Origin: Ostreococcus lucimarinus
Lineage: Eukaryota
Assembly (NCBI GenBank): GCA_000092065.1
Contig: CP000593.1
Direction: 5' to 3' (one strand)
Length of the DNA stretch: 64,000 nt
Shown here in pieces: positions 63,439 to 64,000 of the stretch. Position 1 is the stretch's first letter, and the number at the start of each line of letters is the position of its first letter. The position numbers and the translations under genes were made by a program. The notes beneath the pieces are model-generated. The model made no database searches. It saw only the letters and a program-made list of their open reading frames with translations, and was not told the origin of the DNA.

Positions 63439-64000
63439 ATGATGCGTCGACGAATGGCGCGACGCCGCAGAGCGCGCCTCGCCGCGGGCGCGATGCGCGC
63501 GACGCCGGCGACGCGCGCGAGCGGGGACTCCGAGCGCGGCGCGCGCGACGCGATCGCCGCCGCCGCCGCCGACGCGTCGGTCCCGACGGTCGATGACGCG
63601 AACGACGACGACGACGCGAACGATGTCGACGCCGACGCCGACGCGCGACGCCGACGCGCGGGCGACGACGCGAACGCGTCTCGAGCGACGCGCGCCTCGA
63701 TGACGCCGGCGCGCGCGCTGTACGCGCGCTTCGTCGCCGTGGGCGTGGGGACGCTGTTCCCGTGGAACGTCTTCATCACCGAGCGCGCGTACTTCGCGCG
63801 ACGGTTCGCGAACGATGGCGCGAACGATGGGTCGTTCTTCGCGGCGAATTTCGAAGGGACGTTCGCGAACGCGTACGCGCTGAGCAATCTGATCGGATGC
63901 GCGGGGTTGGTGAAATATGGGGACGCGCGCGGCGCGGCGACGGGTTCGCGAGCGACGGCGAGCGCGCTGGGAATCGCGGCGGTGGGGATATGGACGTGTG
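63439..64000 (+). CDS. equilibrative nucleoside transporter (ENT/SLC29) family, N-terminal part; continues past the window end
   Basis: Not in the ORF track because there is no stop before position 64000. Hand translation gives ...ALYARFVAVGVGTLFPWNVFITERAYFARRF...GTFANAYALSNLIG, which contains the GxGxLxPWNxFxT motif of ENTs. In-frame ATGs lie at 63439, 63442, 63454, 63493 and 63700, so the start is uncertain. Confidence 0.7.
   Translation, partial: MMRRRMARRRRARLAAGAMRATPATRASGDSERGARDAIAAAAADASVPTVDDANDDDDANDVDADADARRRRAGDDANASRATRASMTPARALYARFVAVGVGTLFPWNVFITERAYFARRFANDGANDGSFFAANFEGTFANAYALSNLIGCAGLVKYGDARGAATGSRATASALGIAAVGIWTC

Noticed and set aside
1-64000. The many plastid, photoprotection and starch-related genes (GWD, SGR, desaturase, MsrB, photolyase, DedA and the DUF genes) interpreted as a functional gene cluster or novel system.
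   Set aside because: These genes are interleaved with unrelated housekeeping genes and alternate strands, each with its own promoter region. A large share of any green-algal genome encodes plastid proteins. There is no evidence of co-regulation in the sequence itself.
1-64000. Mobile elements, viral insertions, and rRNA or tRNA genes.
   Set aside because: No reverse transcriptase, transposase, integrase or capsid-like ORFs, no terminal repeats, and no tRNA- or rRNA-like sequence were recognised in the short intergenic spacers. A covariance-model scan (tRNAscan-SE or Infernal) would be needed to exclude small RNAs formally.

Overview
This 64-kb window reads as nuclear DNA from a very compact, GC-rich green picoalga, not a prokaryote. 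It looks Mamiellophyceae-like (Ostreococcus/Micromonas type); that is an inference from gene content and architecture, since no database search was possible. I can support about 40 protein-coding genes, roughly one per 1.6 kb.

Eukaryote-only housekeeping genes: RACK1, eIF1A, CSN7, ADA2, BRF1, VPS36, an NPSN-type SNARE, a DCAF8-like WD40 protein and a P5A-ATPase.

Green-lineage or plastid-type genes: alpha-glucan water dikinase, STAY-GREEN, a BIO3-BIO1 fusion, a cytochrome-b5 front-end desaturase, MsrB, DedA, class II photolyase, and DUF3685-, DUF1823- and DUF3007-like proteins.

I recognised no rRNA, tRNA, CRISPR array, transposon or viral gene.

The supplied ORF track is misleading in two ways:
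- It uses bacterial start rules. I checked the codons, and many leading M residues are really GTG or TTG.
- The GC-rich 5' regions generate many long Arg/Ala/Ser/Pro-rich antisense ORFs, which I reject.

At least five genes are correct only after removing spliceosomal introns that I mapped by hand: RACK1, UDP-glucose dehydrogenase, the NPSN SNARE, the DUF3007-like gene and a six-exon DUF3685-like gene. STAY-GREEN has no in-frame ATG at all and must also be spliced.

Most notable structural signals:
- Gene strands alternate strongly (31 of 39 neighbour pairs lie on opposite strands), with very short shared 5' and 3' spacers.
- GC/CpG-rich islands sit at gene 5' ends and AT-rich junctions at 3' ends.
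- The introns share a uniform grammar: GTGCGT or GTACGT donor, a CTGAC or CTAAC branch-like motif, and a CAG or TAG acceptor.
- One gene has AT-rich mini-introns that share a 16-mer.
- A 30-bp tandem array lies between the DCAF8-like and BRF1 genes.

I found no convincing discrete novel multi-gene system. The candidates worth follow-up are listed as findings with modest interest scores.
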